Assembly (NCBI GenBank): GCA_002269645.1
Contig: NIVC01003253.1
Location: 1,163-65,162, forward strand
Direction: 5' to 3'
DNA length: 64,000 nt
From: Macrostomum lignano
Lineage: Eukaryota
How positions within the stretch are numbered: position 1 is the first letter of the stretch; the number at the start of each line of letters is the position of its first letter. Under the pieces are notes generated by a model. The model did not search any database. It saw only the letters and a list, made by a program, of their open reading frames with translations, and was not told the origin of the DNA. The position numbers were made by a program, and so were the translations under genes. Of this stretch, positions 24,128-36,300 are shown one piece after another.

Positions 24128-24573
24128 TAGGGGTGTCGCCAGCGAGGAACAGGGGGCCTGTGTCCCCCCCCCCCTAAGTAAAAGTCATTGGGGGCATTTT
24201 AATGCTTTGTTCCCCAGCCTTGTAACTTGTTATGGAAATCAAGAATCTGCTTCAGGACGCCAAAGTGAGTGCCTGCGGCGCTATAATGAGTGACTGCGGC
24301 TCTAAAATGAGTGCCTGAGGCGCTAAAATAAGTGACTTCGGTGCTAAAATGAGTGACTGAGGCGCTAAAATGAGTGACTGCGGCGCCAAAAATCACAACC
24401 AAAAATGGTGCGCAGTGACTTCGTTTTCATAGCAGACGAAATAACCAAACTAGCAGACGAAATCACGGTCAATCCCAACAACACCAATTATCATATTGAT
24501 ATAGGATTTTTTTGTTTAGCATTCTTTGTCTTGCTCCCCGCCCAACATCATAAAATCCATGGCGACATCCCTG
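24128..24573. mobile_element. hAT-like MITE with an internal 21-bp tandem array
   Basis: TAGGGGTGTCGCCA (24128) vs TGGCGACATCCCTG (24560-24573) form a 12/14 inverted match. Flanks TCTGAAGT and ATAGAAGT match 5/8. (GCGCTAAAATGAGTGACTGCG)n at 24265-24390. Confidence 0.5.
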
Positions 24574-27500
24574 ATAGAAGTTATTCTCTATAGAATTTTT
24601 AATTCGAGCTACGCATGCCAATGCTGCAGGGAGCTGAAACGAGTTGAAATATCAAAACAGCAGCCTAACTTATGCAGTCTCTTGGCCATAGACTATAGCA
24701 GCTGGCTGGCTGCAGGGATGGAAGCTAATTGGTTGGCCGGAACAGGCTTTTTGTCTATGGTAAAACGCTATCTACATTTAATAGCTTCTTGGATACGTGC
24801 TAATGCATTTTGGCCATAGACAGCCACCCAATTAGCGAGAACGGACGGAACCGCAGCCGAGCAGTTCATGGTTTCATTCATCTCCAGTGCGTTTCGACCT
24901 GTCTGTCAACCGAATTTTGTAGAATTTGTCGAAAGTGAAAGGAATGAACTCGCGTCTACTACAATGGGCTTGCGACATCCTAATTGTACTCTTAGCAATT
25001 CGCGTCAACGCTGCATTTGAATTGGCGTTGTCTAAAAAACATTAATTCAATCTGAATATTTTACAATACAGTTTTTGTTGTTGTTCCAATTAATCAATCA
25101 AATTTTCCCTGTCAATTCATTTTACTCGTCACTCTACTTTAGAAATCCTTTCTCACTAGAACAATGCTGATTTGAATTGGCAGATTGAATTGGCAGTCAA
25201 ATCAAACAAAGCAATGATGGTGTTTTGCACAGAAAATTCCACAGAATAGGTAACGCAACTTTAATAAAAATGCTGGGCAGATATGACTAGTTATTCTTTA
25301 GGGTAAACATTCTCAAGCTAAGCTGAAAGCAATTAATGAACTGCTTTGACAAGTTAGAGAAAGAAGTCGAAAGTTTTTTAAAAAAAGCTAAAGCAATGAT
25401 TTAAGCTAAGAGTTCCCTCAGATTGCAGTCACGGAATTAATGGCGAGCTTTATACAGCTCGGTTGGACCATAGGCTAAATTTCTGATTATATAAGGAACG
25501 AGACTTCACTCCGACTTTTTAAAATTTCATCAAAAATCAGCAAGTTACCGCAGGAAAGGTCGTTTACTTAGCAAGATTTAAAAATATTACAAATGGTGCT
25601 CAGTGGTCGGTTTTTCTGGCTTTAATGTTTATGGCCACTCGTGCCAGTTTCATAAGATGGCGAAGCAATCCAGATCGGACTGCATCGGACCACAATGCTT
25701 GTTGAATAAATAGAATAGGAACCGGCAGGCTTCCACTGATCAAGGCTCTCCAGTTTATCCAGACTTGCGCTCTACCTCGGGTCAGTCGCAAGCAGCTTCT
25801 TTAAATCGTCGTCAGCGATTTCGTTCAACATGGGAAGCAGTCATTCCTTCTGTCTTTCCATGTCCATATTCGGGAGGAAGAACTGACGGGTTGGTTAGAG
25901 AAACCGTTTCTTTTTTTGTAGTGGCAACTGCGAGCGTAACTTTCAGTTGTAATCTCCTTACCCCTCTTCCCTCACCCTCACCAGCGTGCAAGATTGATTT
26001 TTGATTGAAATTGAATCAAATAAGAATGATATTCAAGAACTCTCCAGGTAGTATGTTTAGACCATGCTTAGACCATTAACTCCAACTAGTTGAGCAAAAG
26101 AGAAAAGATGATAAACAGTTGATATACGCTCGTAACGAGCTTTCTATGGTCAAAACTCCATTAGCCGCCAGAAAATTGTAGGCTTGAAGTTAACTCCATT
26201 AACTGTCCGGAAGCTTCTGATAGACGCTTATTTATAGAAAACAAAAAATAGTCTATGGTAGTGGGTCCTGCCCCTGTTCCTCCGTCTCTCACTCTCAAAG
26301 TGCAACTTAGGCGAGAATGTCTATGGTTTTTTTAGAGGCAGGGGGGTTGTGTGCACCCTGGCGCACTTTAAGCGACATAGGCACACAACCGGCGAGAGGC
26401 ATTACTGCCCATTCCGCCGACTCCCCTGAGCAGGCACACAAGCGCGCGGATACGTACGCAGTCATACGCACAGGCACACACTCACACAAGAGTGTACAGC
26501 GGCCCTAACTTTATTTATCGTTAGGCATGTACACTTCACTGCGCCTTGGGGGGTTGGCTCTCAAGGTCGTTAATTGCACGAGCAGAGCCAAGCCGAGATT
26601 CCGATTCAGCCCCAAATTAATGTGACTGCACTTGGAATCGAGCATGGGCCGCTGGCACACCAGAGCAGCTGCGCTAGGCCCCCCGAATGTCTATGGTACA
26701 ACATAATTAATACTCATGCTTTATGGGTGTTGTATTACCGTTACATATAACTTGGCTTTAATGGCGATAATGGGAAAGCTAGATAGTTCCGACTGCTACT
26801 GTACCATAAACTACATGGTATACCATAGATACATGCTATACATGTACTGTTTGGGTCAGCCAAGCTAATAGTTAAGCCAACCAAATTGAGAATTCTCATT
26901 TGACAGCAGTAAATTTGCTTGGCTTGCTAAGAGGGCGCTGGCTATACGGAGTAAACTCTGGCCTCAAGCTCTGGTAGCAAGACTGAGTTTGTTGCAGAAA
27001 GAGCACCTGTCCGAATAAAAGTGCACTTGTAGTGATGTACTATGGATGCTTTGAGCGAGGATGGTTACAGAAGGCTGATTCGCTTTTCTCACGCAAGTGT
27101 GAAGTTTCTGGCATACTTGGCATTCTGGATTCTTGGCTTTATTTAGCATACACTATTATTGTGCCATAGACATTTTTGTCATTGACAAAGTAGGACAGAA
27201 TAATCGGGCGTTAAATGTCATTTTGTGAGGAATCTAGCTACATGTATAGTATAGAAATATTTAGCAAGGTGTGCCAAAGTGTGGCGCATCCAAGGGCACA
27301 GACTGTACAGTGCTGGCACTGCTGGAGTGGCAGCTTCCATCCTGTATATTTCAAGCCGATAACAAGAGGTTGTGGGTGGCGTGAGGGGTGACGCAAGCAG
27401 CCTATTCACCTGTACTTAGCTTAACTTGTGCAGTTTCACGTGCTCAATGCAAACGCGAACACTCAAAAGTAAACCGCGGCAAGCCTGCTCAATAATAAAG

Positions 27501-28316
27501 CCTTCTGTCATCCGCTCAGCACAATGGCGTGGAGATTCACGGAAGCGGGAAATCCGATGCGTGCAAAAAAATTGAAAAATGCGACATAGAATTTCAAATT
27601 CAGAGCGATGGCTGGCCACCGGAGCATGGAGTCTGCTGTGGAGGACCGTCTAATTGGAGCAGGCCGCTAGCAGGCCGGAATATCGATTCCTTATTCCAGC
27701 CGCGTCATTCACGCCGGCTTCCCGTGCAGCCTCCCGAGCCTGACAGTTTCCATTCTTTCCCGAGCGACTTTCCTCGGGAGTCGACGCCCTCGGGGGGGTT
27801 GCGGGAGCTTGTGGGAGGGGTGGGAGTGTCTGAGAAAATCACCCCCCCCCATCTTGTCGTCCATTGGCTGGGGGCAGCTCAGCTTAGCATCCCGGAACTG
27901 CATCTCCCATTCTGCATCCCCCAGTTTCCACTTCCCACACTTTGAGACTCCTCATTCCCAACCCAGGCATTTATTCCCCAGCCTAGCCAGCCCATTGGGA
28001 CTGTGAGCTATTTTTCAACCTCAAATAATTGCACTCCAGAGCGCAGTTTATCGCGCCCGGCTCCCAAATCCCAGCTGGCTCCGCTCACATCCTCAGTAAT
28101 TTCTGTGTACCTAAGCCCTTGGGGCGATGCGGCGCACTGGAACTCGCTGCTAAGGGCTTTGCATCCACACCTGACCAATAGAATCCTAATAATTCCCACC
28201 AACTTGGCCCAGTAGTGCACTGTCCGAGTGTTAATGGGCCAGAAGCCGCCCGCCCATCTTTAGCTCTCAATCTTCGAATTGCTTCTATCGGGAAAGAAGG
28301 CCAAAGCTCAAAGAGG

Positions 28317-28399
28317 ATGGCCACGGCTCGGCAGGTGAAAATTCTAGTTGAAGACGTCAGCGATTCATCAGGCGGAGCGGCGCGCAGTCACCAAGACGG
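28317..28399 (+). CDS. DGKZ: Probable alternative first coding exon of the DGK gene
   Basis: ATG GCC ACG...GAC GG|GTGAGT: consensus donor in phase 2, the phase required by DGK exon 2 (acceptor 36861/36862). Confidence 0.5.
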
Positions 28400-29825
28400 G
28401 TGAGTTTGCTGAGATTATTTGTTCCCTATGAAAAGTACAACGCAAAGTGCAGGCTATGCAGAGATTAACAAAAAACAGAGCAGAATCAAAGAGCAGAAAA
28501 GTCAGGCGCACCAGAAAAGGCAAGACAGGAAATTGGAATTGTCAGGAGGCAGAAAAATCGACATAGAGTTTGGTGTCAGGGGCTGCAGGCCAGGATAATG
28601 AAGATTGAAACAAAAGGGAGCGACAAAGCAAACCAAAGTCGCTTCCATTTTTCAAATCAAAGAGAATGATTTCGAGATAAATCAGCTCGGCAGAAATCAG
28701 TGCTGACAGCCAGGGGTCGGGGGTTCCGCTACTGGCAGAGGCGCAGCTCGAAGAAGACGAGCACAAAACCGATTCAGTCCTTGGCTGCGGAAGAGAGCGG
28801 AAAAGCAATCAAAACCGACCCCGATGGATTTTATAAATTGGCAGCTCGTGTAGAGACAAGCGGCTTAAATGCACTTTCTTCACCCTGCTTCAGGTCCCTC
28901 TGTCTGTCTCCTAGATCTGACCCATCCATTCTCTGGCAAACACTTGCACTCTCTTTCTCTGCTTGCACTTTTGTCCCTATTTCAAGTCCGCGCGCACTTG
29001 GCTCGATTCTGCAGCTCTGCAGTTTTGTTGGCGAAGAGAATTCTCCCCTCTCTCGTCGCTGAATGCAGCTGGATGGAGCGCGCCATCCGCTGAAATTCAT
29101 TCCGCTAACCTTGCAGACTTTCAGCGCTACTTGAGATTGGCTCGTGCTGCCTTGTTGTTTGGACAGCCCAGCTCTGGGTGACTCGCTCTCTCTCTCTCGT
29201 GTTGTGTGCGCGTGCAAACAATAGAAGGCAGCCTGCTAGCTGCTGCAACACCGAGGCTTAAGCCATGGCCAATGCAGGCATTTTCTTAATTAAAGTGCAT
29301 CCGCTGCTACTGCCAATCGGGATTGAACTTTTTAATAGTCACGTGACAAATTTATAGATACATTAAGTTACAATGACGTGGAAAAAATGTCCAAATGCAA
29401 TACTTAGTGGCTAAAGTCGATATCTAGAAGAGCTAGGAGATCTGTCTGTTTTGACAAATGGAAGAAATAACAAAATATTGGAGAGCGACTGCACTTAGAG
29501 TACTTATGCGCCCACCTGGGACCCGAAATGCGATACAGAGAGTCAGGTGTATCGCTGCTCACAGTGCTAATTGCCCTTAGCCAGGAAGCAAAGGCAGAGC
29601 CCCCAGCCATTAGCTTCGAAGTGAAGCTTAGGCTTATGCGGAATTCTAAACCATTCCCCTGCGCTCCACCAGCTAGCAGCAGACTTGCGGCCTATCAGTT
29701 CCTACTTTCGATTAGTTGCTAAGGCATTCGCCGAGGTATTTAACGGTTCTACTTCCGGATTAATAAGCCATCAATCCCCAATAATGAGACATTCACCTTC
29801 ACAGGCATTGTGAGTCGGGGTCGCG

Positions 29826-30230
29826 AATGAGAGAGTCTCGCAGATGTCCAAAGTTGCAGGCATCCGCTGCCTTGCGCAGTCGCTGGTGTCACTGGTCCAC
29901 TGACTCTTCTGCGGGCTGTCGACAGGTCTCAAATTTGAAGCGGAGGAAGAAAATGTTGTTCTTTCCTTCCCAGTGTTGCTGGATGCTTTTCGCGAGGTCC
30001 TTGTCACCCTCACCTGCCGCGATCTGGTTCTCCTGAACTACATTCTGCAGTTCTTCTCCGGCCGCATAACGAAGCAGCTGCTGCGCCCTTTTCTCGTCAG
30101 AAATTCCGGCCGCTGCGATGTACGAGCTAGGTCTCAAACCTGCGAGCTAAATAGTCACTGGAAACCGCAATCAGTAACCATAGATTGCAGCACCCCTCCG
30201 ATTCACATTGATTGGGCGTGGCCCGATGTA
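29826..30230 (-). mobile_element. Degenerate Ty3/gypsy-type gag fragment
   Basis: YIAAAGISDEKRAQQLLRYAAGEE...NIFFLRFKFETCRQPAEESVDQ*HQRLRKAADACNFGHLRDSLIRD follows the gag pattern R-x-x-F-x-x-x-x-Q-x-x-x-ES-x-D...LR-x-x-A-x-x-C-x-F...IRD; contains a stop and a frameshift. Confidence 0.7.
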
Positions 30231-31301
30231 CATAAGTAAAGTACACACGCGACCCCGACTCACAGGCATGATGAACCTTCGGGATCCTGAACACGAATAA
30301 AAACCGAGAGCGTATTGTCAATAAGCCATCAGTCATGGAGATGCAGTTTCCAACTAAATCAATTGAGTTGTTGGCCTGAGATCCGGTTCCCAGCCAGATT
30401 AAAAAGATAATAAATAAAGATTGCTGCACTTCTCCAGTGCTGCATGGCGGCTTATCGCAGAAATCTGAGCAGCTCCCAGCTGAGGCCTCCAACCCATGCT
30501 TTCCTGCGCTCCCCCCGGCCCAGCTGAACTCATCAGTTCAAGAAAAACGAGCTAGAGAAAGTGCACAAAGCTGTGGCTAGCATGCAGTGTTTCTGTTGCT
30601 TCCAGATGGAGCATAGCAATTTCCGCCCCATTCTCAAAAGCCTATCGGCTTCTTCGTGTCCTCCGCATTCGACTGAGAATTGATCATTTCTCTCTCTCTA
30701 GGGCTTCATTTCGTGACTGATTTGCTCATTTCCTGCGACGATGCGCCTCCGCTGACCCCGATGAAGAATTAAAGGCAGCAGGCTTTTATATTTAGTACCC
30801 CCCCCCCCCCCCTAGTAAATTTGCATGCTCAGCTAGTGATGCTGATGGATTGCTCACCAAAAATCGAGTGAAATGCGCGGCCGCTCCGAAATTATGAACA
30901 AGGATAAATGAGACCACAGAAGATAAAAGATTAACAAATGGGGTGGTGCCTACGGGCTTACGGAAAAAATAAAAACCACTAAGTTGTCAGAGTCATCCCG
31001 AATTACTAAACTGCTTAGGTGTTTAAGTTTAATAAACTCTATTGAGGAGTCCTTTTGAAACCTGCGACGCGATGAAATGGAGATTAAAGATTCCCAATAA
31101 GAATCGTGTTCCTGCACTGTTCCTACTACGACCCGGCTAGCACTGTGAGTCCGTCTTGGGCACATTGAGGCAGCATTGGTACTGGGCCAGCAAGAGTTCG
31201 CGTCTTGCAGATAGGGGGTGGGCGGTGATAACTCACGCAAGACCCGGAAAGCGGACACAGGACGGGCACTGCTGCAGTTTCTCACTATCTGGAGACTCTT
31301 C

Positions 31302-31304
<3 letters not shown>

Positions 31305-31370
<66 letters not shown>
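31305..31370. repeat. (AG)n microsatellite
   Basis: Perfect dinucleotide run of about 33 units. Confidence 0.99.
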
Positions 31371-31374
<4 letters not shown>

Positions 31375-32035
31375 GCGCCAGGCTGCTGATGCCGTTCGCA
31401 CGCAGCTCGCTGTTTGCATAGAGATTAAAGCCTTATCGCTACTGGCCGGGACCCGCTAACTGAGGCCGCCCGCTTTAGCCTTGTTCGAGGATCATAAATC
31501 GTTGGGTTGTTGGGCCAAGTAAGGCCTTGCTTACACGGTGAGGGTCCTGTGGGAGTTGGTATTAAGGATAATCGAGCTTCGAGAGATCCGAGTCGCCGCG
31601 CGCTGCTCATCTATGCTCGCATCTCTCTCTCTCTCTCTCCTGGGCAGATACCGCGCAGAAAAGCGCATGCTTGGGCACCGCGTCTTTTCTCCGCGATGAA
31701 ACTGATAATTAAAGTTGGCGTCATCGACCAACGGGGAGTGGCTCAAGGTTCCGTCACCAAGGCTTTGCTTGCTGGGTTGGACTTTTACTGTTTTCTTTGA
31801 GAAATTTTGCTAATTTACGCTATAAAATTGCGACTCCAATAAAATAGAATTGGATAATGTTACAGCCTTTTTCAACTAAATCCAGGCTTAGCCATGTCAT
31901 TAGTGTTTTTGATTGCTAGTTAGGATAGTTAGCTGTTTAGCGATCTCTTGAATATCATTTTTCCCGCCATATCCTAGCTACTAGATTCAAGCTAGACAGA
32001 CTACTGTTAGTAGTGCTGTTTGAGCGTCAACTGCT

Positions 32036-32843
32036 CAGTAGTCACCAATAAAGAAAAGTTTTTTGATAATAAAATTTATAAACATTTTTGCCTCTATACC
32101 TCTCTAGCTATGCCTCTCTATTCGAGGTCCCCGGCTCCTTTGAAACTTCACAATAATACGCTTAAGGTTTGTGTCTCTTCTCAGCTCTCTTCTTTCTTAT
32201 CTCTCCATCTTCTTTTGTTCTCCTCTCCTCTCCTCTCCTCTCCTCTTCTCTCATCTCCTCTCCTCTCCTCTCCTCTCCTCTCCTCTCCTCTCCTCTCCTC
32301 TCCTCTCCTCCCTCTCCTCTCCCCTCCTCGTCCCTCCTCTCCTCTCCTCTCCTCTCCTCTCCTCTCCTCTCCTCTCCTCTCCTCTCCTCTCCTCTCCTCT
32401 CCTCTCCTCTCCTCTCCTCTCCTCTCCTCTCCTCTCCTCTCCTCTCCTCTCCTCTCCTCTCCTCTCCTCTCCTCTCCTCTCCTCTCCTCTCCTCTCCTCT
32501 CCTCTCCTCTCCTCTCATCTACTCACCTATCTCCTCTCCTCTCCCCTCCTCTCCTCTCCTCTCCTCTCCTCTCCTCTCCCCTCCTCGTCCCTCCTCTCTT
32601 CTCTTCCCCTCTCCTTTACTCTCCTCTCTTCTCCTCGCGTCTACTCGCCTCTCCTCTCCTCTCCTCTTCTCTTTCCTCTTCTATTTTGTCTCTCTTCTCT
32701 CCTCTCGTCTCCTCTCTTCTGCTTTATTCCATCGCCTTGATTCACCCCTCTCTTTTCTCTTCTCTATTCCCTCCTCTGCCCCGCAGTCATGTGCTAAGTT
32801 CTCTATTTGGCCCGTTAGGTAAAGAGAAGTTTGCCGACTCCTT
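32036..32843. mobile_element. hAT-like MITE containing a (CTCTC)n pyrimidine array
   Basis: The right end GGCCCGTTAGGTAAAGAGAAGTTTGCCGACTCCT and the head CCTTTGAAACTT-x-ACAATA...GTTTGTGT-x-TCTTCTCAGCTCTC are shared with 39558-41152. CAGGGGTCG-x-CAAACT-type ends are typical of hAT MITEs. TSD not found. Confidence 0.55.
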
Positions 32844-33203
32844 TTCAAATCGAAAAATAAAATATAGGAAGCATTACGCCTGACAACTTGAAAGTGAGCC
32901 ACACGTTCAATGCCTTCTATCACAGGCATTGTTAGGGCGACTTTTTAATTTCCATTAGGCCCGTGTCCCCCATTTGCGGGCCAAAGAATCGCCAAACAGC
33001 TCAGCCAAGAATCCCAGACCAATGGGCAGTCAGTAAACTTATCCTCAACCTCAAACCCGGGGCCAGGCAGTCCGCACTAATGGAATAAATGGGAGGAGGA
33101 GGGGTTGAGCCGGCTAAATCCCAATACGGGTCGCTCAATATTTACTCCTAGGCGTTTGACAGCAGCTCGAACGCAGACGGGCATAAAAATTCAGATTGAA
33201 GCC

Positions 33204-33275
33204 ATGCCGTTTTGGCAGAAGCGTTCATGCCAGCAGTCGCCAAGCAAACAAACACAGGAAAAGCAGCAACAACAA

Positions 33276-33322
<47 letters not shown>

Positions 33323-36300
33323 ATATTGCCGCCCCTTGATCCCTATAGTTGTTGAGCCCGCTGCTCCAGTTGCAGCGTCAGAAGTTAAGGTGCAACCCGA
33401 CGATTGCAACCCGACAGACGTGGGGCTTTGCTCGCCGTCCCTGACCCTGTCCTCCGCGTCATCCCCGTCGGTGCCAGATCGGCCACCCGACGAGACTTCG
33501 ACACTGGACTTAAGCAATCACTACAGCGCGTCGAAGCACCGGTCGAACAGCTACGACGTCACCTGCGTCGAGGAGCCCCTGCCATCGAGCTCCTCGGAGG
33601 CGCCGGCCTGCAGTTTTAACAGCAGCCACAGCCGCTGCGGCTGCGACTCTGCTGATGGCGGTGGCGGAGGCCAAAGCGGAAGCGCCAGTAGCAGTGGTGG
33701 CAGCGGCATCTTCACCCGTCTCGCGCTGCCGTCGGCCCTCGTCAGGAAGCGCGGCCGGTCTTTAGAGCTGCCGAAGGTCTGCGTGCACTGTGCCTACCTG
33801 GAGGAGGCGGCCAAGGTCTCTTGCGGCTCCAGAACGTCCTCGGATTCGCTGTTCCTCTCCTCAGACGATGCAGCTGACGAAACGCATCGAGTATCGCGGC
33901 TTGCTGGAGCAACGGCGGCCCCACCAGCAGCGTCTGGCAATTTCCTGCAGGTGCCCGGAGCACTCGGTGGTCAAGTGGGCTGCCGAACCGGCTCCCTGGA
34001 TGAGGCCAGCTGGCGGCGGCCGGTGGCAGCACCCGGTGTCACCGGTTGCGCTTCAGATTCCACTGTTGAAGCGGCTCAGCAGTCGGCAAGCAGTTGCAGC
34101 GCTGCCAGCTCAAAGCGCGCCTCTTCCATCGATGTGGCCGCGTGCGGTCGCCACCGGGTGGGGGCGGATGGCGGCGAAACCGACCGGCCGGACTGCGGCG
34201 GGTCCGGAGAGTGAGTCCGGCTGTGCTGGATGGGGTCCGGAGAGTGAGTCCGGCTGTGCTGGATGGGGTCCGGAGAGTGCAGAGTCCGGTTGTGCTGGAT
34301 GGGGTCCGGAGAGTGAGTCCGGCTGTGCTGGATGGGGTCCGGAGAGTGAGTCCGGCTGTGCTGGATAGGGTCCGGAGAGTGAGTCCGGCTGTGCTGGATA
34401 GGGTCCGGAGAGTGAGTCCGGCTGTGCTGGATAGGGTCCGGAGAGTGAGTCCGGCTGTGCTGGATAGGGTCCGGAGAGTGAGTCCGGCTGTGCTGGATAG
34501 GGTCCGGAGAGTGAGTCCGGCTGTGCTGGATAGGGTCCGGAGAGTGAGTCCGGCTGTGCTGGATGGGGTCCGGAGAGTGCAGAGTCCGGTTGTGCTGGAT
34601 CGGGTCCGGAGAGTGAGTCCGGCTGTGCTGGATAGGGTCCGGAGAGTGGGTCTGGCTGTGCTGGATAGGGTCCGGAGAGTGAGTCCGGCTGTGCTGGATG
34701 GGGTCCGGAGAGTGCAGAGTCCGGTTGTGCTGGATCGGGTCCGGAGAGTGAGTCCGGCTGTGCTGGATAGGGTCCGGAGAGTGAGTCCGGCTGTGCTGAT
34801 GGGGTCATGAGAGTGAGTCCGGCTGTGCTGGATAGGGTCCGGAGAGTGAGTCTGGCTGTGCTGGATGGGGTCCGGAGAGTGAGTCCGGCTGTGCTGATGG
34901 GGTCCGGAGAGTGCAGAGTCCGGTTGTGCTGGATAGGGTCCGGAGAGTGAGTCCGGCTGTGCTGGATGGGGTCCGGAGAGTGAGTCCGGCCGTCCGGATT
35001 TGAAGAGTAAGGGGTCAAGACGGCGGTGCAAAAGTACTGTTGGGTCGTTTTCTTAGATAAAAAGCCGCCAAAGCAGTTCGCTAGGGAATTCCCGAACAGA
35101 TTATAGAATTCACATTGAATTGAACGTATTTTACAAGAGATTAACTGCAGTGTGGCTCGTAAAATCAGAAACAGGGAAACGCGTGCTTTAGGAGCTCAAG
35201 AACCGAGGATGACCCTAAAATTCATATCGGAACAGCGCCTCGACCATTAAGTGCGCCAGTTCGCTTATAGGCTGAGAGAGGAATATGCAAATATCAAAAT
35301 TTGCATCGCATTTCGCCTGGAGCTTTGAGCTGGTGTCGGTCACTCTTGCGAGCTAGCATCTTTTATTCGTCACCACCGCCAACACTCCCAAGCAGCAGTG
35401 ATTTCCGCAGGGATTTTCTCTGGCTTGGAATGAAAAAGAGCCTCTTACAGTCGCATGTTCAAGAGACGATTATTCGCTTTTTCAGCTTTTTCAGCTTGCC
35501 AATTTTTAGTTTGCTCCCGAGAACTCGTAGCGCTGAATGAGGCTTCGCCGTGTAGCACACCCAAGGATGTCTGAATCACTCTGGACAGAAAGCTCACTAA
35601 CCATGGTGAACATGGTACAAGACAAGGACTACTAAAGTAGAAGGACGGGAAACCTCGTTTCTTGGAAAATTTTAGAAGGCCGGTTTTTTCCGAAAAAAAT
35701 ACACTACGGAGATAGGAAGTTTTCATTTTTTCAGCACAATAGTTGTTATTGCTTTCGATAGGAGGCAGACCCAGTGTTCATTTTTGAGATGTTGTGCCTT
35801 TCCTATAGCTCTATTGATATTGATATTGATATTCATTTATTATTGAATAATACCAAAAATATCTCAGATAATGCAAATAATGTCCCAGAAAGTCTTTATA
35901 TCTATGTTTTATTATATATTTCTGGTAGCGTATGTGCATAAACATAAGCAGAAATGCTGCTTTAGTAAAGCAGGGCCGGCTGCCGATAGTCGCAATTTCA
36001 TTTAGACGACCTTTTGGGCTTGTATAGTAACCAGCATGAGAAATCCGGGAAAATGTCATCGTTACCATCACTTTTTTGCAACTTCGGAGACTTCACCCAG
36101 AAGTTCGTCTTGCCCTATGCAGCGACCCTTTGACTTGCCCGAACTGCAAAACAAAGAAGCATGATTGGTCTATAAGTGTTCTAAACAAGCATTGCCAAAC
36201 GTTTTTTTTAATTACAAACCTTGGTTTTGAACGAGGCACGATATTGGAACTCCGTCAATAATTGATGGCGGATTGAGGGGCTTTTAATTACGCAGCTTTT

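Noticed and set aside
26960-27410. Cys-containing minus-strand frames (CQHCTVC, CQVC) suggesting a DHHC or zinc-finger exon
   Set aside because: Spacing does not fit a known motif and no consistent splice phases were found.
32020-32883. Long Leu/Ser/Pro and Arg/Gly/Glu ORFs (also 39598..41007, 53600..54669)
   Set aside because: Translations of CT- or GA-rich repeats.
34039-35031. Three 240-330 aa repeat ORFs on both strands
   Set aside because: They derive from the 33-bp intronic array; the DGK frame stops at the first unit.
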